57,590 nt of DNA, taken from IMG/VR virus record IMGVR_UViG_3300020472_000028, positions 1 through 57,590 of that record; one strand, 5' to 3'. The translations under genes were made by a program, and so were the position numbers. Source of the stretch: a virus. Its lineage: Duplodnaviria; Caudoviricetes. The stretch's first letter is position 1. The number at the start of each line of letters is the position of its first letter. Below the pieces are notes generated by a model that had not been told where the DNA came from, searched no databases, and was given only the letters and a program-made list of their open reading frames with translations. Shown in pieces: positions 36,313-51,300 of the stretch.

Positions 36313-39300
36313 ATGCCGATTACAAAGAATATCAACGTCTCTGATAGAGTCGAGAATCAGTTACCTGAGTTTATTCGTCACGAAGATAGACAATTAGTTA
36401 ACTTCCTGTTTGAATACTACAAGTCTCAGGAAAAGACAGGTCGTCCTTACGATATACTCAATAATTTACTGAGATATCTTGATCTTGACAACTATACCTC
36501 TGAGCAATTAGACAGTTCAACTAGTCTGCTCAAGGATATTGGTCTGTACGATGGAAAGATAGAAATTGAAGGTATAGATGGATTCCAGGAGCGTGATGGC
36601 TCCATAATGATTGATAATGAAGTAATTTACTACGAAAACGTCACTCGTGGTCCTGATGTTATCGTTACTCCAGGTATTTCATATCCACAGTTTAATAAGA
36701 AGAAGCAACAGCTAGAAAACCCCTTTACACTCTTTGATGGAGTCCAAAATACCTTTGCATTATCATTTTTAGGCACTCCAGTCGCTCCTCCTTCGGCAGA
36801 GCACTTGATTGTGACTGCTTACAACACAATGATGGTGCCAAACGTAGATTACTACGTTGAAGGGTTTAATTTGCGTTTCCAAGACCCTCCAAGAGACCAA
36901 ATCGGGTCTGATGACTCAGAATTCACTTCTGTCACTTATTTGGTCGGATATTCGGATCAACCGATTAAAACTTGCGATGCAATCCCTTATCAAGAGTGGC
37001 AAAACACAAAATTCTATCCATTAAGGATTAATCAACAATCTTACACTCCAACTTCCGAAATTGGACTTGTAATTAACAAAAATGGACGTTTACAAGAACC
37101 ATATACCGATTTTACCGTTTTTGAAGATAAAGTGGTCTTCAAAAATGAAATCGGAGCTGCTGACGCTATTCATATTAGGTCTGTTGAATATACTCCTCCT
37201 AGTTACGGTTCAGGAGCCTCAGCAATTGCTAAGGTTGCTGATGATGGCACAATTACCGCTTTAATCCCCAAAACTGGTGGATCTAAGTATAGACTTGATT
37301 TTGCACCTAAAGTTGCAATTACAAGTAAGACTGGTAAGAATTCAACTGCCAGATCTCTAATTGGAGGGATTAAAGACATTAATTTGATCGATGGTGGTCA
37401 AGGTTACACTTCTTTCAACCCACCGATCCCTGTAGTTGCTGCACCTGGTAATTCTAACGGTACACCTGCTAGATTAAGTCTTACAGTTAATGATACGACT
37501 GGAATGGTCGATACATTGACTATTATTGATAGTGGAAGTGGATATGACTTTATTCCTGCTATATCATTCAAAAACCCTGGTGGTGCAACCATTGCTCCTC
37601 CTACTATTGATGGTGAAGGTAGAATTAACATAGGAACTATTACAGTCACTACAATGGGTAGTGGATATAGTAATGCACCTGTAGTTTATATCGATCCTGC
37701 TCCTATTGGTGGAATCAATGCTCAAGCAATATCAAAAATCAACCAGGATGGTCAAGTATACGAAATCCAGATTACCAACCGTGGTAGAGGGTATACGGCA
37801 CCTCCTAGAGTCCAAATCGTTAACCCTATCGGTGCTCAGATATTAGACGTTACTGTAGCATCTGGATCAGTTACAAATATTGAAATGTTGACTGGTGGTA
37901 TGGGTTATACCGATGCACCTTCAGTTTACATCGTAGATGATAGAAAAGACGGATATGGAGAACCAATAGGTGGTACTGGTGCTTTAGCAGAAGCAACCAT
38001 CTTTAACGGTGAAATAACAGATATTAATATTACTAATTTTGGATCTGGTTACTCTACAGAGTTCCCACCCAAGATATACATCGCAGAACCAAAAGCAGCA
38101 AGAGCATCAGTAGATGTTGGTTTTGATGAAGTTACTGGATTTGATATTCTAGAGGATGGATCAGGATACGCTCCTAGTGCCTTCCTAGGGTGCTCCAGAG
38201 GCGTTTCTGGACCTGTTTCATACGATAACCTCCATAATGAGGTATATGCTGGAGAAGCAGCTTTAAGACAGTCAAATCACGTTGCTGGAGCTGCTGTAAC
38301 CAACCTTGACTCTTTATTCATTAAAGAAGTCTTTGATAAGTTTAGAAGACAATATCTACCAACCTTAGATATCGATTTTGGTAAGGTTAACCCAGTTCAG
38401 GTTATCAAAAACATTACTGACTTCTATATCTCAAAAGGTACTAAATTAGCAACTCAATATCTCTTCAAAATCCTATTTGGTGAAGATGTTGATCTTTACT
38501 ATCCTAAAGATGAGATCATAAGTCCATCTCATGCAACTTGGGTTGTAGACACTATTCTTCGTGCAGAATTGATAGAAGGTGACTCTGCAAACCTAATAGA
38601 TTCAGAAGTTAACCAATATGCAGATGATGTAGACACTAGTGTTACCAATGCATCTGCCCTTATCGAAAATGTCATCACCATCATTGAAGGAACAGATACT
38701 ATCTACGAGTTGGCGATATCTGAAGAAACCTTGGTTGGTAATTTCATTATTCCTTATAAAACTCGTCTTGTTGAGCCTCTTAGTACGACTGGGCAAATTA
38801 TCACTGTTGACTCAACTATTGGATGGCCTGAGAGAAATGGTACCATTAGGATCAATGACGTAGAGCGAGTCCAGTATAAAGAGAAGTCCCTAAACCAGTT
38901 CATAGAGTGTACTAGGTCTAAGAATGATGTCATCGAAGATTGGGATCCTGGTACCATAATCCAGTCCGATATCTTTGTATATGTCAATAAAGACACTGCA
39001 CAGGAATGTAAGTTAAGGATTTTAGGTATTGCTGAAGCAGGTACCACAGTACTAAACGATACTGGTAGTTACTACCTTGGTGGAGATAAACTGAAGGTTG
39101 CTAACCTTGGATCGACTGCTGAGGAGTTAAGACTCCAATCTTGGTTATATAACGTTAAGAAACTGATTCAGGTTACCACTATTACTCCTGGTGGTGTTAA
39201 TAACCAGACTGCGACTGTAGTTTGCGGTAACCCTCATGGTTTGCTAGTTTCTGACCAAGTTACGATATATGGTGCTAACCCTGTTGTATACAACGGCACA

Positions 39301-42300
39301 TTCACTGTAACATCAAGGATTGACCAATATACCTTCTCATATCAGATTAACACACCTACTGAGATACTTCCAGCAGGTAACATCCTATTATCGGTTGACC
39401 TTAACAGAGGTAAGTCTGATATCGATTCTATCAACTCTGTTGTAAGTGAGTTTACTACAAACATCCAAAACTCGTTTTTCAACGATGAATATGTTTATGT
39501 CGCTGCATCTGGTCTACCAAACTACAAAATAGGACCATTTACAGGATCTGCACTTATTCCAGGTAACCAAAGAAAACTATTAAGATTCCCTAGAGTAGTT
39601 CAGACTATATCAGAAAGAAAGACTATAGACCCAGGCACACCTGTTGGATCTTGGGTTAACGGTGTTTCTATCTGGTCTTACAAGTCTAGAGAATTTGTGC
39701 AATATGGACCTCTTACTAGTATTAGTGTTACTAACGTTGGAGAGTCATATGATGCTGGTGCTAAACCTAACGTAGAAATCACTGGTGGCGGTGGTACTGG
39801 TGCTACTGCTGAGGTTATCGTTAATGGTAGTCTAGTATCGTTTGATATGACTACTGAAGGTACTGGATACACTGAATCACCTCTAGTATCGATTGTTGGA
39901 GGTGGTGGATCTGGTGCTACTGCACAAGCAGTTATTACTGGTGGTAGAGTAACAAGAATTCTAGTTGAGCAACCAGGTAAGAATTATACAACACAACCCC
40001 TAGTTTCTATCACAGGTGGTGGTGGATCTGGTGCTACTGCAACTGCTAACGTTAGAGGTCCAATTCAGAGTGTAAATGTTACTAACTTTGGTACTGGATA
40101 TACTTCACTTCCTGCTGTTAAAGTTAACTCTGGTGAAGGTGCTCTAGCACAACCAATCGTTATTAACGGTAGAATAGTTTCTATCGCTATTATTAACTCT
40201 GGTGAATCTTATACAACTGCTCCTAACATCATTATTAACGGTGATGGATTTGGTGCTATTGCTCAAGCAACTATCGGCACGATTGGTGAAGATAAAGGTC
40301 GTGTTTTAGGTGTAACTATTACCAACAAGGGTATTGGGTATACACAGGGTTTAACAACCGTTAGACTCGAAGCAGTGGGTCAATTAGCGTCCTTTACACC
40401 TGCTGTGTATCAGTGGAATAAAAACCTCCAGTATGAATTAGAGTCTAATTTTGACTTTGCAAGAGGTTATGTATTCACTGGATATAACAACCAATTTGGT
40501 GGTGAATATGCTCACCTATCAGATCCTAAAGAATTAAGATATGTTGTTGGTGATAACGTATTCCTAAACCCTGTTACTCAACTCTTCCAAGAAGTTGCTG
40601 CTAACTATGAGCACTCACCTATTATTGGTTGGGCATTTGATGGTAACCCAATATATGGTCCTTATGGATATATTGATCCAACTGACCAGAATAGTGGTAT
40701 TAGGAGAATGCGTACTTCCTTCAAATTGAAGGCAAACGTTGTATTTGATGCTGCTACCAATCCTAATCCTGCTAGGATAGATGGTCCTCCTATCGATACC
40801 TATGCTGCTGGCACATTCATTGATGACTACTATTATGATTTCCAGTCTGGTGATCTAGACAACTATAATGGTCGTTTCTGTAAGACACCTGATTTCCCAG
40901 AAGGAATCTATGCTTACTTTGTAACCATTGATGCTAGTGATGCTGGTATTGCTGAATTCCCATATATCCTTGGACCTCAGTTTAACTCACTTCCAGATAA
41001 CTGGAACTTCTCTCAAGCAGCAACACAGGAGAATATTCCTGATGGTGTTGTCCGTTATAGAGATCCATACACTGATGTTGATATTGACGTTGATCGTCAA
41101 CCAAACCAAGAGGCAGATGTCCTTACTACTGAGAAAGAAGGATATCCTATAATCTTTGAAATACAAGACTCTAACAATGATGGTTTGATTGATGCTAATG
41201 AGCAACAAGAGATATTAGAGATGTCTGAAGAGGCAACTCTACAAATCTATGATTATTTCCCAAGAGTATCAGCAGAGTCTAGAGTTGACATTGAAGTTGA
41301 GACAACTACCCAATTTGAGAATGCTAAGATTGATGGATTCGTTATTGAAAACCCAGGTGTTTCTTATCAGGTAAATGACACCGTATTCTTCGATAATGAA
41401 GGTACTGGTGGATTTGGTGCATCTGCTATTATCGATTCTGTTAAAGGTCAGAAGATCACTGGTTATCAGAAAGAGATTATTGGTGACCGTCCATATGGTA
41501 AGATTGTTACTGAAGAAGGACATGAATTGCGTCAGCAAGACGAAATCATTGTAAACTCACGTCCTGTCATTGATAACACTAATAAGACCTATAGAGTTAA
41601 GGTTGTTGCTGGTGTTGAAAGAATTAACATAGTCCAAGGTGGTACTGGATATAATAACGATATTCCACCTACTTTTGAATTAATTACTGCATCTGGAAAA
41701 GACGCTGAGTTATCTCTAATACTAGAAGGTACTGGTCAAATTAACCAGGTTAATATCATTAACTCTGGTAATGGATATGATGCAGACAATCCTCCACAGA
41801 TTAGGGTATCTCATCCACAACAATATAAGAAAACTCGTTATTGGATAACAGAATATAAGGAAGCTGCTGGACAAGTTGCTATACTTGATACTAAGACTAC
41901 TGCTGATCGTTACACATACATCTGTGGTAGCATCCTAGAAGCAGATGGTGATCAAGCAGCATTTCTTGCCAAGTTTGACGATTTAGGCCAAAAGGTTTGG
42001 GAAAGGAATTTATTACCTCAAGTTTCTGGTACTAAGAAAGCAGAATTCATTAAGATGCATATTGATGAATCATTGGAAGATGATGTCATCTATATCGTTG
42101 GTCAAACCTATGATCCTAATAACGCTGCATATAACCCAGATATTTGGTTAGGACAGTATAAGTCTGGATTTAACAATGCTAATGCACCTGATGGTATTCT
42201 ACAGTGGCAGAAGGCAATTGCTGGCATCTCAGGTCTTTCTAGAAGGGACTGGGTAACAAGTTTAGCACTTGACCAAGAGAAGAGAATATACATTGCTGGT

Positions 42301-45300
42301 TATACAGATAGTAACTCTATTGATCCTAATGATATGTGGGTCATTCAGTGTGACCTAGATGGTGACCTTGTAGAGAAGAGAAAGATTGCATCTGCAAATG
42401 ATTCTGAGATGATTAATCAGATTCATTGGATATCTGATGATAGATTCTTCTTTGTTGGTGTTAATGACCAAAATGATGACTGTATCTTCGGTGTATTCTT
42501 CTATGATGGTGCAAACATCGAGATTGAGTATATTAGACAGGTTCCTACAGTTGGTGGATATGTAAGAAATCCACAATTCATAATGGATGATTATGATGAT
42601 GTAGTTTTAATTTGGGACGTATATAACGGTGCTACTCAGAAGTTTGAGAAGATTCAGGTTAATAAGTTCCCAATAGCAACTGCTAACAGTGCATGGACTT
42701 GGAGTAAGACAGTTACTGTTTCTGGTAACGTAGACAACATTAATCATGCAGGTATCAATGTAGACGTATTTGGTAACTACAGTATTGTATCTGATGTCCA
42801 AGAATCAGAGAATCAGAGATATGCTGTTATTCATTACCTCAAGTATGATGGTACTGTAATTAAAGAGACTAAAGTTGATGATACTGTCAATATTGGTTTC
42901 CAAGCTAAAGCACACTCAGTAGATAGTTCTGGTGACTGCATTATTGCTGTAGATCGTAGACAGTCTGATCAATTAGCATCATATCGTTTTAATGATGACA
43001 CTGATCTAGATTATGATACTACTAAGCAGAATCTTGCAACATTAACCTTACAGTCTCCTTCTGATGCTTCTATAGACACTGCAATTCAGAAGTTTGGTGC
43101 TGGATCACTTAAGTTGAGTGCAGCATGTCCTGTTAAACTTCCTGCTTATAACTTAACCACTAAGGAGTGGAGTTTCAGAGCATGGATGTCAATGGCAACT
43201 GCTCATCATGCAGGTAACAATAAACCACTATTATTTGATATAACTCCTGTTGCTGGTGATTCTATTCAAGTAGAATTGGATGGAGACACTACTAGTGGTG
43301 ACTATGAAAAGGTTTGTATCTATGTTAACTCAGTAAAGGTTGCAACTTCTGCTACTGCTACTCACTGGACTACATTTGCTGGTGCTGCTTGGGTGCATGT
43401 AACATTCCAGAAGAGAGAAGAATCTCTAGGATTATATCAATATGAGGTATTCTTTAATGGTAACTTAATTGCTAACTTCCAAAACACCTCTGACATAAGT
43501 TGTGCAGATGTAACTGTTGCTGGTAAGTTTTCTGGTCCTAGTACTGCCAATTCATTCATTGGATGGATTGATGATCTACTCGTTGATGACGTTGCTCCAT
43601 ATAACGGAACATATGTTATACCAACTGAAGAGATTGGTATTACTACATCTATTTCAGATTCTGCTCTAATTAAGTTTGATAGACTTCATGATAAGAGAGA
43701 TGCATATACTCTTACTGGTTTAACTCAGTATACTAATATTGCATTTACTGATATTGAGACTCCTACTACTTGGACTGATGTATCTGGTGCTGCATTAAGC
43801 AACTGGATAGTTGGTGCTGGTGGTTTACAGATATTGGATATGTCTCAGGTTGTTTCAACCATGAATCCTGGCACATATACCTTCACTAATGCTAAGGCAG
43901 AATATGGCACGAAGACTTCTACAGTACCATCACCATTAGGTAAGAAACTTACGATTACTGCTGATGTAATCAGTAAGTTCTATATGCGTGATGCATTATA
44001 TCAGAAGATTGATAATGTCCTTGAGTTTACATTTAATCAAGATATTAAGTTAACTAAGGGATCCATACTTCAGCAATATACTAATACTGCTTCAGGTCAA
44101 GTTGTTAGTGCATATGGTACTATCGTAAATGTCCCTAATGCTGATTCTTTAACTAATCCTGGAATGGGTAAGAAGTATCAGGTTGGTAAGATATATGGTG
44201 ATTTTAATGATAATGATCTCTTTAAGACTGATGCTGGTGATGTAAACCAGATTGCTGGTACATACTTCAACGTTGAAGAGCCTGAGATTCCTTGGGCAGC
44301 AGGTACAGCAGTTACAACTGGTGATAGAAAGTATTACGACAAGAAGATATATCAATCACAAGGCACAGGTACTACTGGTACAATTCCACCAACTCATACT
44401 AGTGGTGTCCAGAGTGACGGTATAATTAACTGGGCACATATAGATGATGCTGGTAAGTTTACTGTTGATCTAACTCAGCATCCTTACCCAATGCCTCAGT
44501 ATCTTGATAATGATATGCCTGAGTGGGATTCTGGCAAGTTATACGTTGTAGGCCAAAAAGTATGGCATAAGTTGAATGTATATGTTGTAGGTGCAGGTGG
44601 TGCTGGTGTATCTGGTACAACTGCTCCTGTGCACACTACTGGTGCTGTATCAGACGGTGGTGTTACATGGACACATGAATCTACTTCAGAATCAATCAGC
44701 TCTTATGCTAGGACACTTCCATATGACCTAGGTGCTAATTATACAGTTCAGATTGTAGAGATCCAACCTGGTTCACTATACATTCCAGAAGACGTTGTTT
44801 CTATTAATGCTGGTAATATAACTGAAGCAGAAGATCAGAAGAGTGTAGAGATATCTGGATTTGCATCAGTTAAGAAGATTCGTGTTACTGCACGTCTTGA
44901 GAAAGATATTCTTAGATCTAGTGAAGCACGTACAAAGTATGTTTATTGCACATCAAATAGTGCTCATAACTTTGCTTCTGGAAGCATCATCTTCACTGAA
45001 GGATTCCAAGGTGATCAATTCAATGGATCATTCTTTATCGATCAGGTAATTGGATCTAGAGAGTATACATTCGGTATTAGGGCAACTGCTGTAAGTGATC
45101 CTGCATTTAATGCTAATGCTATCGCTAATGTCAACATATATGCGAAGCACCCAACTCTAGAGTTTACTAGAAATCACCAGTATGTCTTCGATGTATCTGA
45201 TACATCTAACTTTGGTTACTACTTGTCATTCTCACAAGATAACCAGTATAAACTAGAATACTCATTTAATAATATTACAAGATCTGGCACACCAGGTATT

Positions 45301-48300
45301 CCTCTTGGTGGTGATAACTATCCATTCGTTAAGTTCTCTGTATTGGGTGATGTAACTAATATCTCCTACTACTTTGACCCATCTAGGACTGGTGCTGATT
45401 CTCCAGTTGGTGATAATTCATTCATTGATGTTATTACTACTCCATTCCAAGGCACATTTAGTGTTGCTGAGGTATTGAGTGATACTGAGTTTAGATTCCA
45501 GTTAGATAAAGAGCCTGAGAGACAGAATGCTGAGGTAGGTACCGACCCATTCGATAATGTATATTCATACTATTCAACTACTTCTGTAAGAGCAGTTGGA
45601 CCTATTAACACTATTAAACTAGTATCTTCAGGTGGTTTCTATCAGAAGTTGCCTATCATTAGTGACATTGCATCCTTCAGACAAGTTGAGAAGGTTGTTG
45701 TTAATGATGGAGGTACTGAATATGCTGTTGGTGTATACTATGACGTACCAATTGCTGGAGACGGTGAAGGTGGTAAAGCAACCATTACTGTTGAATTTGA
45801 TGCTGAAGTTGGATCAGGAACTATAACTGGTGCTGCTGTAGCTGACCCAGGTAAAGGATATACTATAGCATCTATAGATATAGATTCAATTCCTGGAATC
45901 CTAGGTAACACACTTGCTGGATCTGGTGGATCTGTAACTGTTGTTATTCCTTCAGAAGGTAGTGGTGCATCTGTATTCCTAACAGGTACTAATATTGGTA
46001 AGATTAAGAGACTGAAGAATAATGAATTTGGTTTCGGTTACTCACATGACTATACCTTAAAACCAGAGATTACCTTCCCTGTTAACCTACAACTCTTCAA
46101 TACATCAATACTAAGTCAGATCAAGATAACTGACCCAGGTTCTGGATATACTTCTACTCCTGCTGTTGTAATTGAAGGTGGTGGTGGATCAGGTGCTGAT
46201 GCAGAAGCAATTGTCAAGAATAACCGTCTTAGTGAGATCATCATTAAAAACAGTGGTGCTGGATACTCATCTGAACCAACGGTTACTCTAAAATCAGAAT
46301 TTAACTACGTTGTTAACTTAGACCTTAACTATCTACAGTTTAACTTCCCACATGGTATTACTACTGGTGCTGAAGTTCAGTTTAGGGCAGATGACGTTGG
46401 TAGCACAGAAGGTGAACTACCAAAACCAAGCACTGCTGGTTTGACCAGTTTGGTTGCTAATCAGACTTACTATGCCATTGCTGGTGAAGCAGCTGGTTTA
46501 GAAACTGACCAATTAAGATTTGGTCTTACTCTAGCTGCTGCACAAGGTGGATCTTATATCACATTCTTGACTCAAGGATCTGGTAGACAGACACTTCTAA
46601 CTGAGGTATTCGGTGGTAAAGCAGTTGCTGTTATCGAGACTTCAAGATTCTTAGAAGGAGAAGAAGTATTCCAAGGATCTGCTACTGAGACTTCTACTGC
46701 AAGAGGTAAGGTTTCTACTAACACTGGTTGGCAGATTGGTCCTAAGATTCTTAAGATCGTTGACTACACTGGTGATTGGGCAGAAGGTGAGAAGGTAACA
46801 GGTGAAATATCTAAAGCATCTGGTGTTATCGATAACTTCTCAATAGCACGTGGTGTGTTAAATATCGGCTCCCTAACGAAGACACCAGGCCGATTTATTG
46901 ATGACGTTGGTAAACCATCTGAGATTGTCCAGAAGATTCAAGATAGTTTCTTCTACCAGAACTTCTCATATGTTGTACAGTCTGAGATTCCTATTACAGA
47001 GTGGAAGACACAGGTATTAGAAAATAACCACCCTGCTGGTTTCAACATGTTTGGTCAGTTACAACTGACTGGTGGTAAGGACGTATCAGGACGTAAGATT
47101 GGTACTGAGTTTACTAAGAAAGTTAATATCAACAACTATAGTAATGTTAATCAGATCACCTCATTTGGTGCTGCTCAACCAATCTATACTGACTACAACA
47201 ATACTGAGGTTCTCTTCCGTAAGAAGCGTTTGACATCTTCTGAGGAAATCTTAACTTCTATTGTTAAGAAGATGGATAATATCCAAGATCAGTTTGATGG
47301 TATTAAGAAGCAATTCCCAATCACTGTTGAAGGTGAAACTGTCATCGTTAAGCAAGACCAGTTGATGATAACCTTGAATGGTATCATTCAGTCTCCTGGT
47401 GATTCTTATCAGATCGTTGGTGGTAGTTTAGTATTTGCTGAGCCACCTAAACCACCTTCTAAGGTTAACTATAGAATCATGGGAGTTACTCCTACAACCA
47501 TCTATAGAATCGCACTTTATCAAGATGGTGGTGGATCTAACTATGGTATCTTCCCAACATTAGGACAACAAGTCCAAGGTGCTCAATCAGATACCATTGC
47601 TACTGTTATTGATTCAGGTACTAACCATATTGACGTTATTAACCTAACTGGTACCTTCCAACTTAATGAGCAGATCAAGAGAGGCGAATTGTTTGCTGCA
47701 TTGATTGAAACAGTCACTCCTCTTAACAGTCCTACTATATTCTCATTCGGTGAGGCACTTACTAACCTAGATGGTGATACTGCTTATATTGAAGAGACTA
47801 ACATTGACAATCAAGGTAATGTAACCGATAGAGTGGTTGTAAGTAAGACTTCAGGTACTCCTAGGTTTGAAACTGGTATCTTTGACTTTAAACTCAACGA
47901 ATACATTTATTCTGCCTCATCTAAGATCGCAGGCCAGATTACATACATTGCTCCTTACACTGATCCTATTAATAACGAAGTTGTTGATGAATTGATCATT
48001 AACAAAGGAACAACTTTCTTCGGACTACTATTCGAGCGTTTAGTTAGTCTTGAGAATCCTAATGTTATTCTAGACGACATTTCACAGTCTTCTATTACTC
48101 CTACCGAGCTTTATGACTCTAGTCAGAGAATCAATGCTGACTTCTTGAATTTTGAGCAAGTAAGGACTACTGAGGTCACTTATAGTCAATTGACTGGTGG
48201 TACTCTTACTGATGGCATGGTTATTCGTAATAAGAAGGCATTTTACGGAAATCCAGTTTCTACCTTCCACGGAATTGCTGCAAACAGATATCTTGATGGA

Positions 48301-51300
48301 AAACGGAATATTCTGAATAATAAGGATGAAATCATCGATTTTGCAGAAGCTGCAATCGCAATTGATTATCCAGACTACTATTTCCCATCTGACGTTATTA
48401 ATAACCCTTGGAGTCGTTTTAAAGACTCATATAGGATGATTCAGAAGAATAAGGCATTAATCGCTGGAATGGCGTTTGATGACATGAAAACCCAATATCC
48501 TTCTTCTTCAATTCCTTCAGATGCGAAATGTAAGAGAGATATCGAATTTTTAGTCGATGCAATCTCTATAGACATCTATGCAGGTGGAAACCGCTATTCT
48601 CGTAAATTTACTCAACAATTCTTCGATGAAAACGGAACATTCACTTATGTAAGTGCTCAATCCGCTGAAACCCGTTTTGCCTTTGAAAAGGCAAGAGATC
48701 GGATGAAAGCAGCTGTTGCTAACCAATATTCAGGTACAGTTAATGCTGTTAACTCTGGAGACTCTTGGACGGCATATCAAGACCTTACAATCACTGCTGA
48801 CCCTTCACCTGGCGATGCTTACGGTACTGCTGGATCTAATGCTTCAAACACTGGTGTAGACAACTGCTCAGACGTTCAAGCAGCAATTACAACTTTACAC
48901 GAGTTTATTAACGAAGCATTGAATAATGCAAGCTTGCTCGATCTTCCTGCTGAATCTAGTGGCACATATTCACCTCATCAAGAGAAGTGCAGAAGAGACC
49001 TTGGATATATGATTGATGCTATCGCTGCTGACGTTGGATCTGGTGGTAACTTTAATACTGTTGATTTCACAAAATCATTCTTTGATGCTTCTGGTACACC
49101 TCTAACTAACGGAATTGTTGGTGAAGAAGCAGAAGCAGTCCATGCATTCACTGCTGCTGGTACATTGATGCATAAAGCGATCAATAACCTAATGTATTGG
49201 AAGGATCTCTCAGGGGTTGGATATAACCTTAATGATCCTACTACTTACTCTGGTGGTGTTGCACCTGCTAATAGTTACGATCTTAACTATGCATCTGGTA
49301 ATAACCAAGATATTGCCAATTGTGCTAACGTTAAGTCCTATATTGACACCCTGAGAACCATTGCTACAACAGCGATGACAGCGGGCAATTTAACCAATGT
49401 TAATGCTCTATCTGTTACTGACGGCACATTCCAAGCGAATGAGACTATTAGGACAACTAAGATCGGTTATAAGGATAAGTCAACTGGTTTATTTGTAATG
49501 GGTGACCAGATCAAGGGTATGACCTCTGGAGCACTATTCCAATCAATTGGTGTTAATTCTGGTCTTAAATGGTTATTCGCTGGTCCTGTTACTGGCACCT
49601 TCCAAGCAGATGAATATATCACTAATTCTACTTTAACTTTCACTAATTGCACTCAAAGTGTAATTGTCAAGAAAGCAGAATTGAGTGGATCAAAATCTGT
49701 CTTTATTCCTACAAATGGTGCATTAAGCAGTCCTGCTTCTAATAATTACGCTTTTGGCACTGGAGACTTCACTATTCAAGGTTGGTTCCGTCCTGCAACT
49801 AATACTACCCTTCAGACTCTATTTGACTTCCGTCGTTTGAGTGCTGCTCAAGGTTTAAGAATTGTCCAAGATGTGCAAGCAATTAAGGTATATAACGGCA
49901 CTACCCAAATGCTAACCAGTGGTAACGTAGTTACTACAACTGGTACATGGATGCACATTGCAGTCAGTAGAGCATCTGGAATTACTCAGTTGTATATAAA
50001 TGGTGCTCAAGTTGGTGGAAACGCTGCTGATACTAATGATTACCTATATGCTGCACTATATGTCGGACAAGACTTCAACGGATCTACTAACTGGTCTGGA
50101 CATGTAGATAACATTTGCATTAAGAAAGGTGTTGGTGATTACACAACTGGATTCACTGCACCTACTCAGGTAGATTATAGTGAGTTAAATATCGTATTTG
50201 GTCTAGATGGTGAAGCACCATTTATACTCTCTACTGAAGAAGTATACGCTAAGTATAGTGGTCAAAGATCATCTGCTACAACTTCTAAGAGAATTGACTA
50301 TTCAGGATTAGCAATTATTGCTGAGGACGTTGATTTAGGTCGTCAGGAATATAGAGACTGTGCTGACATTATTGACCTTAACGGTGCTTACATTGCTGAA
50401 GAAGCTGTAGGTAGAATGAAGGCAGCATTTAGTGACTTCACTATTCGTGGTGATGTCCCTGCTCAGAATAGTTACGGTGGCACAGACACATGTATCAGAG
50501 ATACTAAGGACTATATCCTTGGTGCTCTAATCAAAGACCTTAGAGAAGGTGGTAACTATCACACCATTTATACTGCTAGGACTTACCTGACTGTTGGTGG
50601 TAAACTAGATTTCATTGGAGAAGAAGTATTACAATCACTCTATACATGGAATGAAGTAATTAAACTCGCCAAGGAGATTATTACAACTACTAGCACTACT
50701 TTAACAGGCACATATACTACAAGATATAGAATACCTAATAACTTCTCATCTCCTGCTGGTGCTGCTGTGCTTGCAGAAGTTGATACTCTTGGTAATGATC
50801 TACTTAAGGTTATTGCTCCTAACGATCAGAGATTTAGAGAAGGTGGATTCCAACTTTGGAAGAATAGAGATTATATTGCTGAAGAAGTAGAAGGATATCT
50901 TCAGGATAAGTATACAGCAACAATCGATTCTGTACCATTTGACTTCCTTGAAATTCCTGGTACTGGATCGTCAGGATGTCAGAATGATATTAAGAGTTAT
51001 ATCATCCCTGCTGTAATTGCTGACCTAGTAACTGGTGGTACCTATCAGTGCCAATCTGCTATAGACAAGTACCTCGACAGTCAGAAGAATATTCTTCATG
51101 TTGAGCATGAATTGAGTGCATTGAATGAGGCATTTGAATATACTAAGATGCTTGCTATGAAGGCAGTTAATAACCTTCTAATGTCTCCTGGTGAAGTTGC
51201 TGCTTCACTATTAGATAATGATGGTGCTGCACTTAACGCACCTGGATGGGCACAAGAAGAGTATTATGCTCCTATTTGGACTAGTAAGACTGCATATAGA

